DNA from: Octopus sinensis
Taxonomy: Eukaryota
Length of the DNA: 64,000 nucleotides
Reading direction: 5' to 3'
NCBI RefSeq assembly: GCF_006345805.1
Contig: NC_042997.1
Location: forward strand, 84,878,001-84,942,000
Both the position numbers and the translations under genes were made by a program. The notes below the pieces were generated by a model, which had not been told where the DNA came from, ran no database searches, and saw nothing but the letters and a program-made list of their open reading frames with translations. Shown here piece by piece: positions 51,722-64,000 of the stretch. The first letter of the stretch is position 1; each line of letters begins with the position of its first letter.

Positions 51722-53564
51722 AAAGAAAGCAAGAAAATACTTTCAAACGAGCCAACCTGAAGCCTTTTCAAAATTACAGCCATTGTTGCTGGTCCCTTGT
51801 TTGTGTGTATGTGTGACTCTCTGTCTGTCTTGAAATTGGTTTCTCTCAGTTTCTCTCTCTTTCTCTTCTTATCTCTACCCCTGTTTTTTATTGTGTGCGT
51901 GTTTGTGTGGTTGTGTAAGTGTGTGTGTGTGTGTGAGTGTGTGTGAGTGTGTGTGTATGAGTGTGTGTGTATGAGTGTGTGTGTGTTTGTGTGTCCGTGT
52001 GTCCGTGCCTATGCACTATTCTGTTTTATTATTGGTTTCATATAAGCTTACCTAGAAAATAATGAAATTTATCCCAGCAATTTTAATTTAAGTGCATAAA
52101 GCAAGTCTCATTAATTTTTCCATTATATATCACTAACTATGTTTTAATATCAATATAAACGTCATATATATACGTGTATATATATATAAACCACACACGT
52201 GCGTGTGCAGACACATCATTACGCACACATACACATATACATTCACACACATATATATACATACATACAAATATACATGTATATATATGAAAGCCACTCA
52301 TACAATATGCAAAGAAACAATAACCATTCATTTCCAGCCAATAATTGTATAAAATTTAATCAACATCACCCGTCAATAAATCAATACATATACATACAAT
52401 AATAATATGCGTGTATATTATATATTTATACCTGTATTTCTGTGTGTGTATGTATGTATGTATGTATGTATGTATGTATGTATGTATGTATGTATGTATG
52501 TATGTATGTATGTATGTACGCATGCATGTATGTATGTACACACAGATGCAGACGCAGACAAGTACTTTATATAAACCTATGTTATACATATATATGCTTA
52601 AACTTCTATGCACATATATTTATATGACGCAAGAACAATATATAGAGACAAACACACGCGCACAGACAAATATGTGTGTGTATGTGTATATACATATATA
52701 TACATAGTCATACACACACTATACGCACACATGTATGTATATATATATATGTATGGGCGCACATATGCAATGGAACGAAGATGTTAATAGGCATATGTAA
52801 AATTTGCATAGAGTGACATTGTGACGTTAAATCATATTAATTAAAACAGCGGCATTAACTACAACAACAACAACAATGCTATCATCTGCGAAGTTAGTAA
52901 CAACAATAACATCTGCAAAATTATCTTGTCTTGTCTTTATTTGCCACAAGGTTAAGGCCAATTCAAACGCAACAGCAATTATGACAACAATACCTCGGCT
53001 CCTTATTCTTGAAAAACATACGCAAAAGCAAGAAGCATAAACATGGCGAAAGACAGATATCGAAAGATAATCCGTTATGGATGAATGGATTGATAGATGG
53101 ATGGATGGATGGATGGATGGATGGAAGGAGGGATGAATAGATGGATGGGTGGCGGTATGGATACAGGGAAGTAAGAAGAGATAGATAGATGGAGGGATGG
53201 CGGGAGGGACATTTGGTTGGGGTGGTTAGTTTTTGCATGTATTTTTTCAAAATTTTCGTCAGTATATGAGTTTCTTCTCCCGTGTATTGTGTCTGTATGT
53301 GTTATGACTGTGTGTTGTGTTGTGCTGTGCTGTATTGTGTGTGTATGTGTGTGTGTGTGTGATTGTACTAGCCAATTTTGATAAGAATGGATGGCCATAA
53401 GGAATAATAAATAGAATATTAATGGAATCCTCAGCTAATCTTCTGAAATGGGCTACTTTAATAAATTTATCTTCATTCTCCCAAGTATGATTGTTCAACC
53501 AACCTCACCTTGATACCCATTAATCAATCGAGAAAACAATAGCAATAATAATAATAATAATAAT

Positions 53565-53602
<38 letters not shown>

Positions 53603-54644
53603 GAAGATAAAGAGGAAAAAGGAAAAAGAAGAATGAGGAGGAGATGGTCGAAGTGGTGGTGGTAGTGGTGGTGGTGGTGGTGGTTGAGGAGGAGGCCGAA
53701 CATTGTGCTTATTGTATTGCAGAGTTTAAAATTTTCTCTCCCATACAAACAAAAGTAGTCAAATATTCGGTGTGTCTCTATACTTGTCTGTAAGTGCTTG
53801 TGTGTGCGGTTACTTGTGTGTGTGTGTGTGGTGTGTGTGTGGTGTGTGTATGTGTGTATGTGTGTTTGTGTGTGTGTGCGTGCGTGTGTGTTTGCATGTG
53901 TGAATGAATGCACAAGTACACGCGCGCACATTATAATAATGGACACTTGATCATAGGCAAAAAAAACAAAAACAAGTACCAGCAATCCCTCCAAGATAAT
54001 AATAAATATATTAAAGGGAAAGAAGCGAAATTAAAGTAGGATGTTTTCAACTCTTTGGTGATGCCATCAATTTTGATCCAGCTCGAAAAAAAAAAGAAAA
54101 TAAATAAAGAAACAAAGAAATAAAGAAATTTTCAAATATATCAATCGTGTTCGACGAAAATATTTGATTAACTAATCAGAAATAAATGAAAATATGTCTA
54201 AAGGAGAAATGTTGTATGGTGTTAGTTTCCTGTCGATGCTATGCCAAACATTGTACGCAAACATATTTGAAAATAACCTGGTAAAAATAAAAATAAAACT
54301 GAAGAAATGAAAAATGAAGGTGTGTGTTATTATAGGATATCGTGTAATATTCTGTCAGAAAAAAAGTATATTTTCCTGTGACATAATGTAAGAGTTACAG
54401 CTAACCTAGATCAGTAACTAGGGTGTCGAAGAGACTAATGAACTCTTCCTGCAAAACTGATAATCGTTGGCCTATAGTACAGAATTCAAGTCTTTCTATG
54501 TGTTTAATCCTTTGTCTGCCGAAAGCATTTTCATAAGTTTTCAGACTTCTTGTTAACCCTTCTATCATACATTCTGAGTATAAAATAAAACTTTCCTTTC
54601 ATAATTCCCATGTTACTCTGGAGGTTGAAAGAAAAATTGGAGCT

Positions 54645-54804
54645 GCGTAAGCATGGCTGTGTGGTAAGATGCTTGCTTCCCAACCATATGGTTCCGGGTT
54701 CAGTCCTACAGCGTGACACTTGCATAGGTGTCTTCTACTATAGCTTCAGGCCGATCAATGCCTTCTGAGTCGATTTGGTAGACGGAAACTGACAGAAGCA
54801 TGTC

Positions 54805-54867
<63 letters not shown>

Positions 54868-55075
54868 TGCGTGTGTGTGTGTGTGTGTGCGTGCGTACTT
54901 TCACCTGTGCTTGTCCCTCACCACCGCTTGACAAGCGATGTTGTTGCGTTTACGTTGCCGTAACCTAGTGGATCGGCAAAAGAGTTCGATTGAAAAAGTA
55001 CCAGACTTCAAAAAAGTGCTAAAAATTCGTCAAGACAGAGCTTCAGCATGGCTGCAGTCAAATGACTAAAACAAT
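54645..55075 (+). mobile_element. SINE family A copy with (TG)n core
   Basis: tggctgtgtggtaagatgcttgcttcccaaccatatggttccgggttcagtcc...cagcatggctgcagtcaaatgactaaaacaa. Other copies at ~28797-29075, 58130-58290 (-), 59160-59400, 59985-60300 and 60945-61385. Confidence 0.88.
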
Positions 55076-55795
55076 GAGGCACAGGACAGTCAACAAATTA
55101 ATCAGAACGAAAATAAGATCCTTCTCTAGATTTCCGTTGACTTCATTACCGATTGACGGATGCCTCTAATCAGGTAATATGAAAGCCCTGAATGAAACGT
55201 TATGCAATGAAATAATATCTCGATTAAGACGAAGAATGCAAGAAAGGAAATAATTTAGGAGGACGAAAACAGTTGAAGCCTTCAATCATACTGATCGTTG
55301 AAGTTAAACTTCTTGAATTATATTAGAGAAGTGTGCATCTTGAAATATTTACAATACAGACGTATGCACATTCGAATGACATGATACTGACAGACTTTAA
55401 GAAACGTAACTAAAGGTACAATACCTAATGAAAGATAAAGAAATGAACTTTAATGTATTGGGCCTATAAGGCAGCGAGCTGGCAGAATAGTTACCACGCC
55501 GAGCAAAATGCTTCACGTTCTCAGTTCAAATTCTACTGAGGTTGACATTGCCTTTTCTCCTTTTGACTTCGATAAAATACGTACCAATTGAGCACTGAAT
55601 TCGATGGAATCGGCTTAACCCCTCCCTCCAGAATTGCTAGCTTTGCGCCAAAATTTAAAACAAATATGTTGTGACTATGGAAAACCTTGAAAATCAGCTG
55701 CTAATTTCACTGATAAATACTCAAAGCTACAAGGGATTATTCCCCCAGAGGTTTTCCTCATATATATACATATATAATATCATATAACACACACA

Positions 55796-55836
<41 letters not shown>

Positions 55837-57920
55837 TATATATATATATATAGATATATATATATATATATATGATAGTATATATATATATGGAGTGCGT
55901 GGCTTAGCGGTTAGGTGTAAGCATCATGATCGTAAGATTGTGGTTTCGATTCCTGGACCGGGCGACGCGTTGTGTTCTTGAGCAAAACACTTCATTTAAC
56001 GTTGCTCTAGAAACCGGGAAACCGGGCCCATGACCCTGGCTAGGCTTTAAAAGGGCGCATTTATTATATATATACATATACATATATACAATATCATATA
56101 TTCAAACGCACGCATATATATATTCACGTTCACCCACAATATTATACATACATACGTGCACACACTTGTATTCAGCATGAGCAACCGTTAATCTACTCTG
56201 TATCTGTTTTCTCTGTTCGTTCCTTTCTGTAGAAGAGCGTAGGCTCGCAACATCAAAGACTCTTCCGTTCTTCCCGAGCGTCAAACTAATACACCTTATT
56301 TGCTGTTTTTTCACCTGTCTGTCTTTTGCTTTTTTATACTTAATTTTGAACCATATGTGTGTGAGGAAGAGTGTGTATATGTGTATGTATGTATGTATGT
56401 ATGTATGTATGTATGTATGTATGTATGTATGTATGTATGTATGTATGAATGTATGTATGTGTGTATGTATGTATGCATGTATGAGGAAAGAGAATGATGT
56501 GAAATGAAGAAAATATTTGAACATAGATACATAGAAATGAGGGGTTTTTAAACTCAATACAAATAAAACATCTAATATCTATTGCAAATATTAGATGTTT
56601 GTGACTTCGAAGTTTCAGTCGATATGTGCCGAAGCTCCGATTTCACTGTTAATAAAGTTGTGATGCATAAGGACACAGCAATATTTCTTATAATTTCTTG
56701 TAGATATAAATTTGCACAAACAGAAACACACATATGCACACATACAAGCACGCATACACACATAAGTGCATACCCACACACACATGGGCTCGCATACGTT
56801 CCAAGACACACACAAATGGGGTCGCAAATGAACACACTCTCTCTCACACACACACACATGTATGTTTGTGTGCGTGTGTATTATAGCTGTTTACTTGCGT
56901 AAAGATATTAATAATTTTATCAATTTATTTCTATTCAAAATAAATATGAGAATGTTCACATTATGTGCATGTCTATGCATAGATATATAAGTGTGAACAT
57001 AATATATAAATGAAAAGAGAAAACGAGAAACAAAATAAGAATGTGTGCTTATATGTATTGACGGGTGGATAGATTCACATGAATGTAAGAATGTGAATGT
57101 GAAGTGTGTTAACAAAATTCTATTTTATTATTAAATCTAAAATGATACAATTACTAAACAACAACGTTATAAATCATCTATTAATATATATTAATAACAA
57201 AACAGACGGATTTACATGTAGGCGCATGTTCATGTTCGTTTCTGTGCTGCTGTCTTCTTCTTCTTATCAGGACTCACACCATTAGCCACAAAGAATAATC
57301 TCTAATTTGAGCCTACTCTAAGCTACTAAGAATGCGTGTGGTAACTTGAAGATCCACCCACCACACGCGATAGACTGGCGGTTGCACGGGCGCGAAAGCT
57401 ATGTTGTTATCCTCATTCTGTAAACGGTGGCTTTTAACGGGTGGAGAGCTGAACTATCCTAGGGTACAGGGGATTTGCAGTCACCACACCATAGTGGGTT
57501 ACACCATAGTTCCTCTGCTTTGTGGCAGAAGTAGGAAAAAAGAGTGAGAGAAAGTTGTGGTGAAAGATTACAGTGATACTTGAAGAAGTTGTCACTTGAA
57601 AAGGAAAGTGAGAGTAGAGAGGCAAGTTTTGTCTAGCGAATGTTTTAAAAAAAGATGGGTGAATGTAGTAAGGATGGCACGTATGAATGACGAAGCCACC
57701 TTGAGCATAATCCTACGAACCCGGAAATTTAAAACAGAGGGTTACCTACGTGCAAACAAATGTGGTAACATGTAACAATATTGACCGAGGTTACCGTGGT
57801 CTTTTCCGTCGGATTTTCTTCCACGGATAAACCTTATCTGCTTCCCCCTTACACCATGACTCTGTGATACACGATCCCTATTGATCGTTTTTTTTTCCTT
57901 TTTTGTTTCTTTTCTTTAGA

Positions 57921-57967
<47 letters not shown>

Positions 57968-57972
57968 TATAG

Positions 57973-58105
<133 letters not shown>

Positions 58106-58342
58106 TGCATCTTTTAAATTTTTATACTTATACCAGTCACTGGACGGCAGCCATACTGGGCCTCCACCTTGAAGAGTTTTAGTCGAACGAATTGACCCTA
58201 GTACTTTTTTCTAAAGTCTGGTATTTATTCTATCGATCTCTTTTCCTGACATGCCAAATTACAAGGCCGTAAACAAATCGACACCGGCTTTATAAATTAC
58301 ACAATATGTATGTATGTATGTATGCACATTCACACACACACA

Positions 58343-58395
<53 letters not shown>

Positions 58396-60036
58396 TCAAA
58401 CGAATTGCCAAGTAACTTCGATTTCCTTTGCGCAAATATTTTCACATTCTTCAATTTTATTGCTTGCTTTGTCAGCTTGTGTTTTTTAAGGTGACTTTTA
58501 AAACATGCTCCAAGTATGTATGTGCATGTGTGTGCGCACGCATGTTTGTGCTTGAATATGTGTATGTATCGATCTGTGCTAGTCTACGGTACATACAGCT
58601 TGACCTGCTACAAAAACCACTGAAACGTCTCTCAAATAACAGTTTATCGTCTTACACATATAATATAGCACAGGGTATTTTCAAAAACCACAGGCTGGTT
58701 ATGGCAGGAATAATTTCGATAATGTGAATGTTGAATCAATGTCGACCTCTTTGTTGATAAGCAACTTGGACAAGGAAAAGAACAAACCAGTGTTGAGTCG
58801 AAGTTATTCCGTTCAATATCGATCGATAAAACAAGCAGTTATCTGAAATAACTACTGAGGGCCGCATGACAGATTAGAATGAAGCCTAGAGACGATGCCC
58901 CAACATGGCCACAGAACAATGTCTGAAACAAATAGAAAAAGAAAGCTATAAGAATATATATATATATATAGAACCTTTAGAGTTAATTTAACTTTTTTAG
59001 CATAAGCGGTGCTAGTCAACGCCTTCAATCACTTTTGTGGTCTCCATTAATTTTGCCTTTAGATTCTAATTGCTAATAATTTATCCATCTCTTTTTACCG
59101 AACCGTTAAGTTACGGTGACATAAGCACACCAGCATCAGTTGTCAAGCGATGTTGGGGCCTGTATGGTAAGTAGCTTACTTACCAACCACATGGTTCCAG
59201 ATTCAGTCCCACCGCGTGACACCTTGTCTTCTACTATAGCCTCGGGCCAACCGAAACCTTGTGAGTGGATTTGGTAGAGGGGAAACTGAAAGAAGCCTGT
59301 CGTATATATATATGTATATGTATATATATATGTGTGTGTGTGTGCGTATGTAAATATGCATATGTGTGTATACGTTTGTGTGTCTGTTTCCCACCACCAC
59401 ATCGCTTACGTATATATATACATGTATACAGATAGATATAAATATTCTGAGCATAAAATATACAAATAAATTACTCTTAAATGAGATATTATTACGCAAG
59501 AGAAAGAATTAGTGAAATACTATAAAACACAATGAAAAAGACAAAGGGACAGAAGAAAATAGACGATGCATAAGAAGAAAGGTAATATAAAGAACCAGAA
59601 AAAGCGGCAAGCAGACGGAATCTTTAGCAGGCAGGACAAAATGCTTAGCGGCATTTCGTCTGTCTTTGCATTCTGAGGTCGACTTTAACTTTCATCTCTT
59701 CGTGGTCGTTGAAATATGTACCATTTGAACATTGGTTTCGATGTAATCGACTTACTCCCTCACCTGAAATTGTTATTCTTGAGCCAAAATTTGAAAACAA
59801 AATAGAAAATATAACGTATAACAGAGCCAGTGAGAAAGAGCGAGAAAGAAAGATAAGTGAGATTCTTTCGTTCTCTTTCTTTCTTTCTTTCTTTCTTTCT
59901 CTTATTCCATGGTGATTTTACTCTGTCTTTTGTTTGAGTCTTAATACTGCCAGCTGACCACTTTATGTATATGTAATATCAAAAGATGACAGTCCACCCT
60001 GAGGTAGACAGAAACTGAAAGAAAGCCGTCGTACCT

Positions 60037-60086
<50 letters not shown>

Positions 60087-61129
60087 GTTTTCCCCCCTAC
60101 CACTATTGGCAACCGGTTTTGGTTTGTTTACTTCCCCATGACATAGCAGATCGGCAAAAGCGAACGATAGAATAATTACCTGGCTTGAAAATAAGAACTG
60201 GGGGTGAGTTATTCGAGTAAACCCTTCAAGGCGGTGCCACAGCATGGCCGCAGTGCAATGTCTGAAACAAAATAAAAGATAAAAGATAAGAGATAAAAGA
60301 AAGATACTGAAACGACGCTTCGATCAGTTTCAGTTCTGCTCTCGTCATTTCACTTATTTTGGTTTAATGATGACTCTTAATTTTACAAATAAAGATACTT
60401 TGTTCGAATTAAATCGAGAGTTATGCAGTATATATCCAGGGAAGATATTTGATAACAATCAGAGATCAAAACCAAACGGAATGCTGCGCACGTCTAAAGT
60501 AAACAAGAAGTTAATTAAGATCTAATTAACAACAACCCATCCTCGGTAATCATCAGTTTGATATTTAATCAACACATCATGTCTCAAACGGCAATGTTCT
60601 AATCAACCATCGTAAATCTACATTATTGCTATTGCTGCTGCTATTTAACTCCTTCACTGACCTTATCCATTATTAGCAGCAATCCAATTATGACCATCTC
60701 ATCTTTTTATGTGCATCTAGATCTGTATTATTGTCAATCAGGTTTCCTTTTTGCAAGAAAGCCGGGTGCTTTAATTTTAAGAATATTTCACAACTATTTC
60801 TAACAGATAGAGAGGTCACGTAACATTTTTTCCTTAGCTCATAAATCTACGTTGCTCTTCCTTTTTCTATGCGATTATTTATATGTTCATTTATGCAATT
60901 AATTATTTTCTCTCCTTTGATGTCTTAGCTTTCGATTTGCAAGCACACGATGTTGAGTTCAGTCCCACTGCGAGACACGTTTGGCAAGTGTCTTCTACTA
61001 TAGCCCCCGGCCAACCAGTGCCATATAAAGAAATTAGTAGGCAGAAACTGCTTGGAAACCCGTCCTATGTAGGTGTGTGTATGTGTGTGTGCATGCGCGC
61101 GTGCGTATATATCTATATATCTATATCTA

Positions 61130-61174
<45 letters not shown>

Positions 61175-62240
61175 GTGTATCTTTGTGTTTGTCCCGACCC
61201 CACACCACTTGACATCCAGTGCTGGTTTGTTTACATCCTCTAACTTAGCAGTCCGGAAAAAGAGGAAAATAGAATAAGCATTAGATATTTTAAAAAGTAA
61301 GTACTGGTTTCAATTTGTTCAACTATAGTTTTCAAGCGGTGCTCCAGCATGACCGCAGTCCAGTGACTGAAACAAGTAAAAGATTAGAGGTTTCGTGGAT
61401 ACTTTCACTATTGTTACAGTTTAGCTCTAAATGAGCCTGATGGGGGTTGATCTATGATGAAAGTCATTCCAACCGTGACAGTCCCACTATTTTTCTTGCC
61501 TTAGTGCATCTTGAAATATATTTTCCATTGTTTCCTTCTCGTTTTGAAGAAAGTTAGGTGTAATTTTGTGGTTATTTCTAGCAGATAGACATGCTACGAA
61601 AATACTCGCGCTTTGGCTTCATATTAGAGATGTCACTGTTGTTGTTATTGCACATAGGTATTCTATCCGTGGCTACCTCGTCTTTTCCTCTTCTTTGCAG
61701 ATAACACAGAACCACGTTATGTATGAATGAATTTCTTCATCTTTTGTTTTAGACAGTGAGGTGACAGTCGAGGGAAATTCCGTCGTTATTTCTAACATGT
61801 CAAATAACCACCAAGAGATTCCTTTGCTGGCTTCATAAAGGAAATGCTGTCGATGATGTTGTTTAACATCAGGTTAGCTTAGACCGAGCAGATCTATGTT
61901 TAAAACCATTCCAGCCAAGACCATCCTGTCTTTCTCCTATATACTGAGAGCCCAGGACCATGTTATCCAATGAGTCGTCACTATTTCTTTAAGACAGCAA
62001 GATATGATATGTGGAAAATTTGGTTGCTATGTCTGGCATATGGGGTGACTAAATAGAGGCTAGCTGTTGGCTCGACTTATCGGAGATTGTTTTCTAGTGG
62101 CGACAAATTGTCTTGGATGTTTCCCAACATTTTAATAACTCTATTCTTTCGGCCATCTTATTATATTGTTGTTGTAACTTCCATTCACAAATTTTCTTTT
62201 CTTCGCTAAATTATCTCCAAACCATTTCTAAGTCACCCCA

Positions 62241-62272
<32 letters not shown>

Positions 62273-62366
62273 ACACATATATATGTATCAATATATATAC
62301 GTACATTGTATATATATATATATATCTTCCACGAACACTCACACACACATATATACATACATATAC

Positions 62367-62408
<42 letters not shown>

Positions 62409-62815
62409 AATAGTCTAAATTATGCAAAAATATTAACACTGACATCTCATTTTAACAGATATATTTACCACAATTAGTTAAAAATATCTTGAAATAGCTA
62501 GTTGTAAAATCTCGCGGAGACACTAGAGTAATAACTATACTAAACAGTAAAGCCAGTCGCCACATTAAGGTGGCTGTTGAATGTTACTACTATTTTAACT
62601 GCAGGCAGATTCTCCTCCAGCTGGCTTTCGGTGCGACTCTGCACCCTTTATATACAATATATTGTTAGCAGGGGGAGCGAACCCTCTAGCAGAAGGATCG
62701 CGAGACTGACTTAGTTTCGTGCTATTTGGCTTATCCTCCGTCATGAGTACGTCAGACCGACAGCCAGAGTCCGCTAGCTACTGGCTTTACTATCTTAAAA
62801 TGCTAAAGATTAAAT

Positions 62816-63856
62816 CTATTCAATAAAATCGCCATAGGCTTCAACTATGGCCTCCAGACGACTTCAGAATCTCCTGTAACTTCTGGACGGTCTCCTTGTT
62901 TAAGCTGGTGAAAGCTACCGTAATCCTTGCCTTCAGTTCATCTTTCGTGTTACAAGGAGTTGCTTTGGTCTCTCGCTCAACTGCACCCTACACATAATGA
63001 ATAAGGGGTTTGCAGTGTAGTGGGTTAGGTAGCCAAATGTTAGGAGTGATGTGGTCGCAGAAATTGTCTGACAGTCATAACTGGGCTCGCCTGCTTGTGT
63101 GATATAGTGCAGTGCCTGTTTTCTGACATAGTGTCTTCCAGCGGCCACCCACTTGACCCACGGCAGTAGTACCTTCTCCAGACACTTGATGTAGGTCTCC
63201 ATGATGAGTCTGAGGCCATGTGGGAAGAGGAATGGGGTATAACGTCTATATCACTAGTGATCACTCCAAACACCATTGATGTCGGTTGGAGGGGATGCTC
63301 GACTTTGTTGAAAAGCTTCGTAGCAGGGTCATTCACCTTGTCCTTGATGGCTTGTGATGAAATTCAACCCTTTCTGATCTTGTATGAGGAATACCGAATG
63401 TTTTCATGCACTATCTGCCTGAAAAGTGAGTCAGACACTCTTATGTCACTGGCGATAGACCTGACTGACTTGGAGGGAACGTTGTCAATCATGGCCTCGA
63501 TCTAAACAACAAATTCAGGAGCTCTTCTCTCATCAGAACGATCAGCGTGAGTTTTCTGAGCTGCTGTACCTCCGTAATCACCATTAGACTCATCCAACTC
63601 TTTCCGAATCCTCTACACTGTCCTCACTCAAACACTGTGAAGTGTTCGCATTGGAGCTTCCGGCGCGAATGCGAAGCAGTGCAGCATATCGTTTCCAAAT
63701 TTCTGGCAGAGTGAATTGCGTCATGGTGCTGTTTTTCTCACAGACGGTGCTCAACTGACTCTACTATACTGCGCAGTCGACAAAATCAAAGGAAAAAATG
63801 TGCAAGCGTGAAATTAAAAATATAATATGCCGACACAATTTATCCATCGCACCCTG
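62816..63856 (-). mobile_element. Decayed Tc1/mariner-superfamily transposon, maT (DD37D)-like, with internal deletion
   Basis: 5' end TA-cagggtgcgatggataaatt. ATG 63724 MTQFTLPEIWKR...SVRSIASDI...YKIRKG. Then MVFGVITSD..YIKCLEKVLLPWVK.VAAGR...RLEAIVEAYGDFIE*. The first catalytic Asp region is deleted, and the DD37D assignment rests on family resemblance across frameshifts. Confidence 0.85.
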
Positions 63857-63859
63857 TAT

Positions 63860-63892
<33 letters not shown>

Positions 63893-63954
63893 GATAACCA
63901 AACACGAGGTCCTGGTTTCGATCCCCATCGTAGTATATTGGGCTATTATATATA

Positions 63955-64000
63955 CGAGGTGGCGCTGAAAAGTTCCTGGCTTTCAGAGTAACGCGAAAGG
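63955..64000 (+). mobile_element. Probable 5' TIR of a mariner element running off the window
   Basis: TA followed by cgaggtggcgctgaaaagttcc, similar to the rc of the 3' TIR at 23330-23352 (cgag....aaaagtt). Confidence 0.55.

Noticed and set aside
62546-62791. 12-bp inverted repeat (agtaaagccagt) around a GC-richer segment with minus-strand CUGACG...GAAACUAAGUC
   Set aside because: No TSD; the core lacks the conserved GA and stem I is poor. Too degenerate to call.

Overview
AT-rich, microsatellite-saturated eukaryotic DNA. The SINE families and repeat landscape look like a coleoid cephalopod, most likely Octopus (recognised by eye, no database search). I found no host protein-coding exon I can defend: most six-frame ORFs are microsatellite artefacts and the rest are transposon remnants. 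These remnants are Penelope-like (PLE) RT and GIY-YIG fragments, two CR1/L2-type LINE fragments, an R4/Dong-type restriction-like endonuclease fragment, three decayed Tc1/mariner elements plus the start of a fourth, Helitron/Helentron-like elements, at least three tRNA-derived SINE families and a 5'-truncated tRNA-Glu(TTC). The most interesting signal is a set of type I hammerhead ribozyme motifs inside fold-back elements. A near-perfect 385-bp inverted repeat (19552-20383) carries an apparently intact hammerhead in each arm and sits on a 535-bp terminally redundant unit. Two hairpin elements at 45-715 each have an apical hammerhead with compensatory stem changes. An older inverted pair at about 6200-6755 has decayed hammerheads in the same outward geometry as the 385-bp repeat. 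Several near-identical local inverted duplications are also present.
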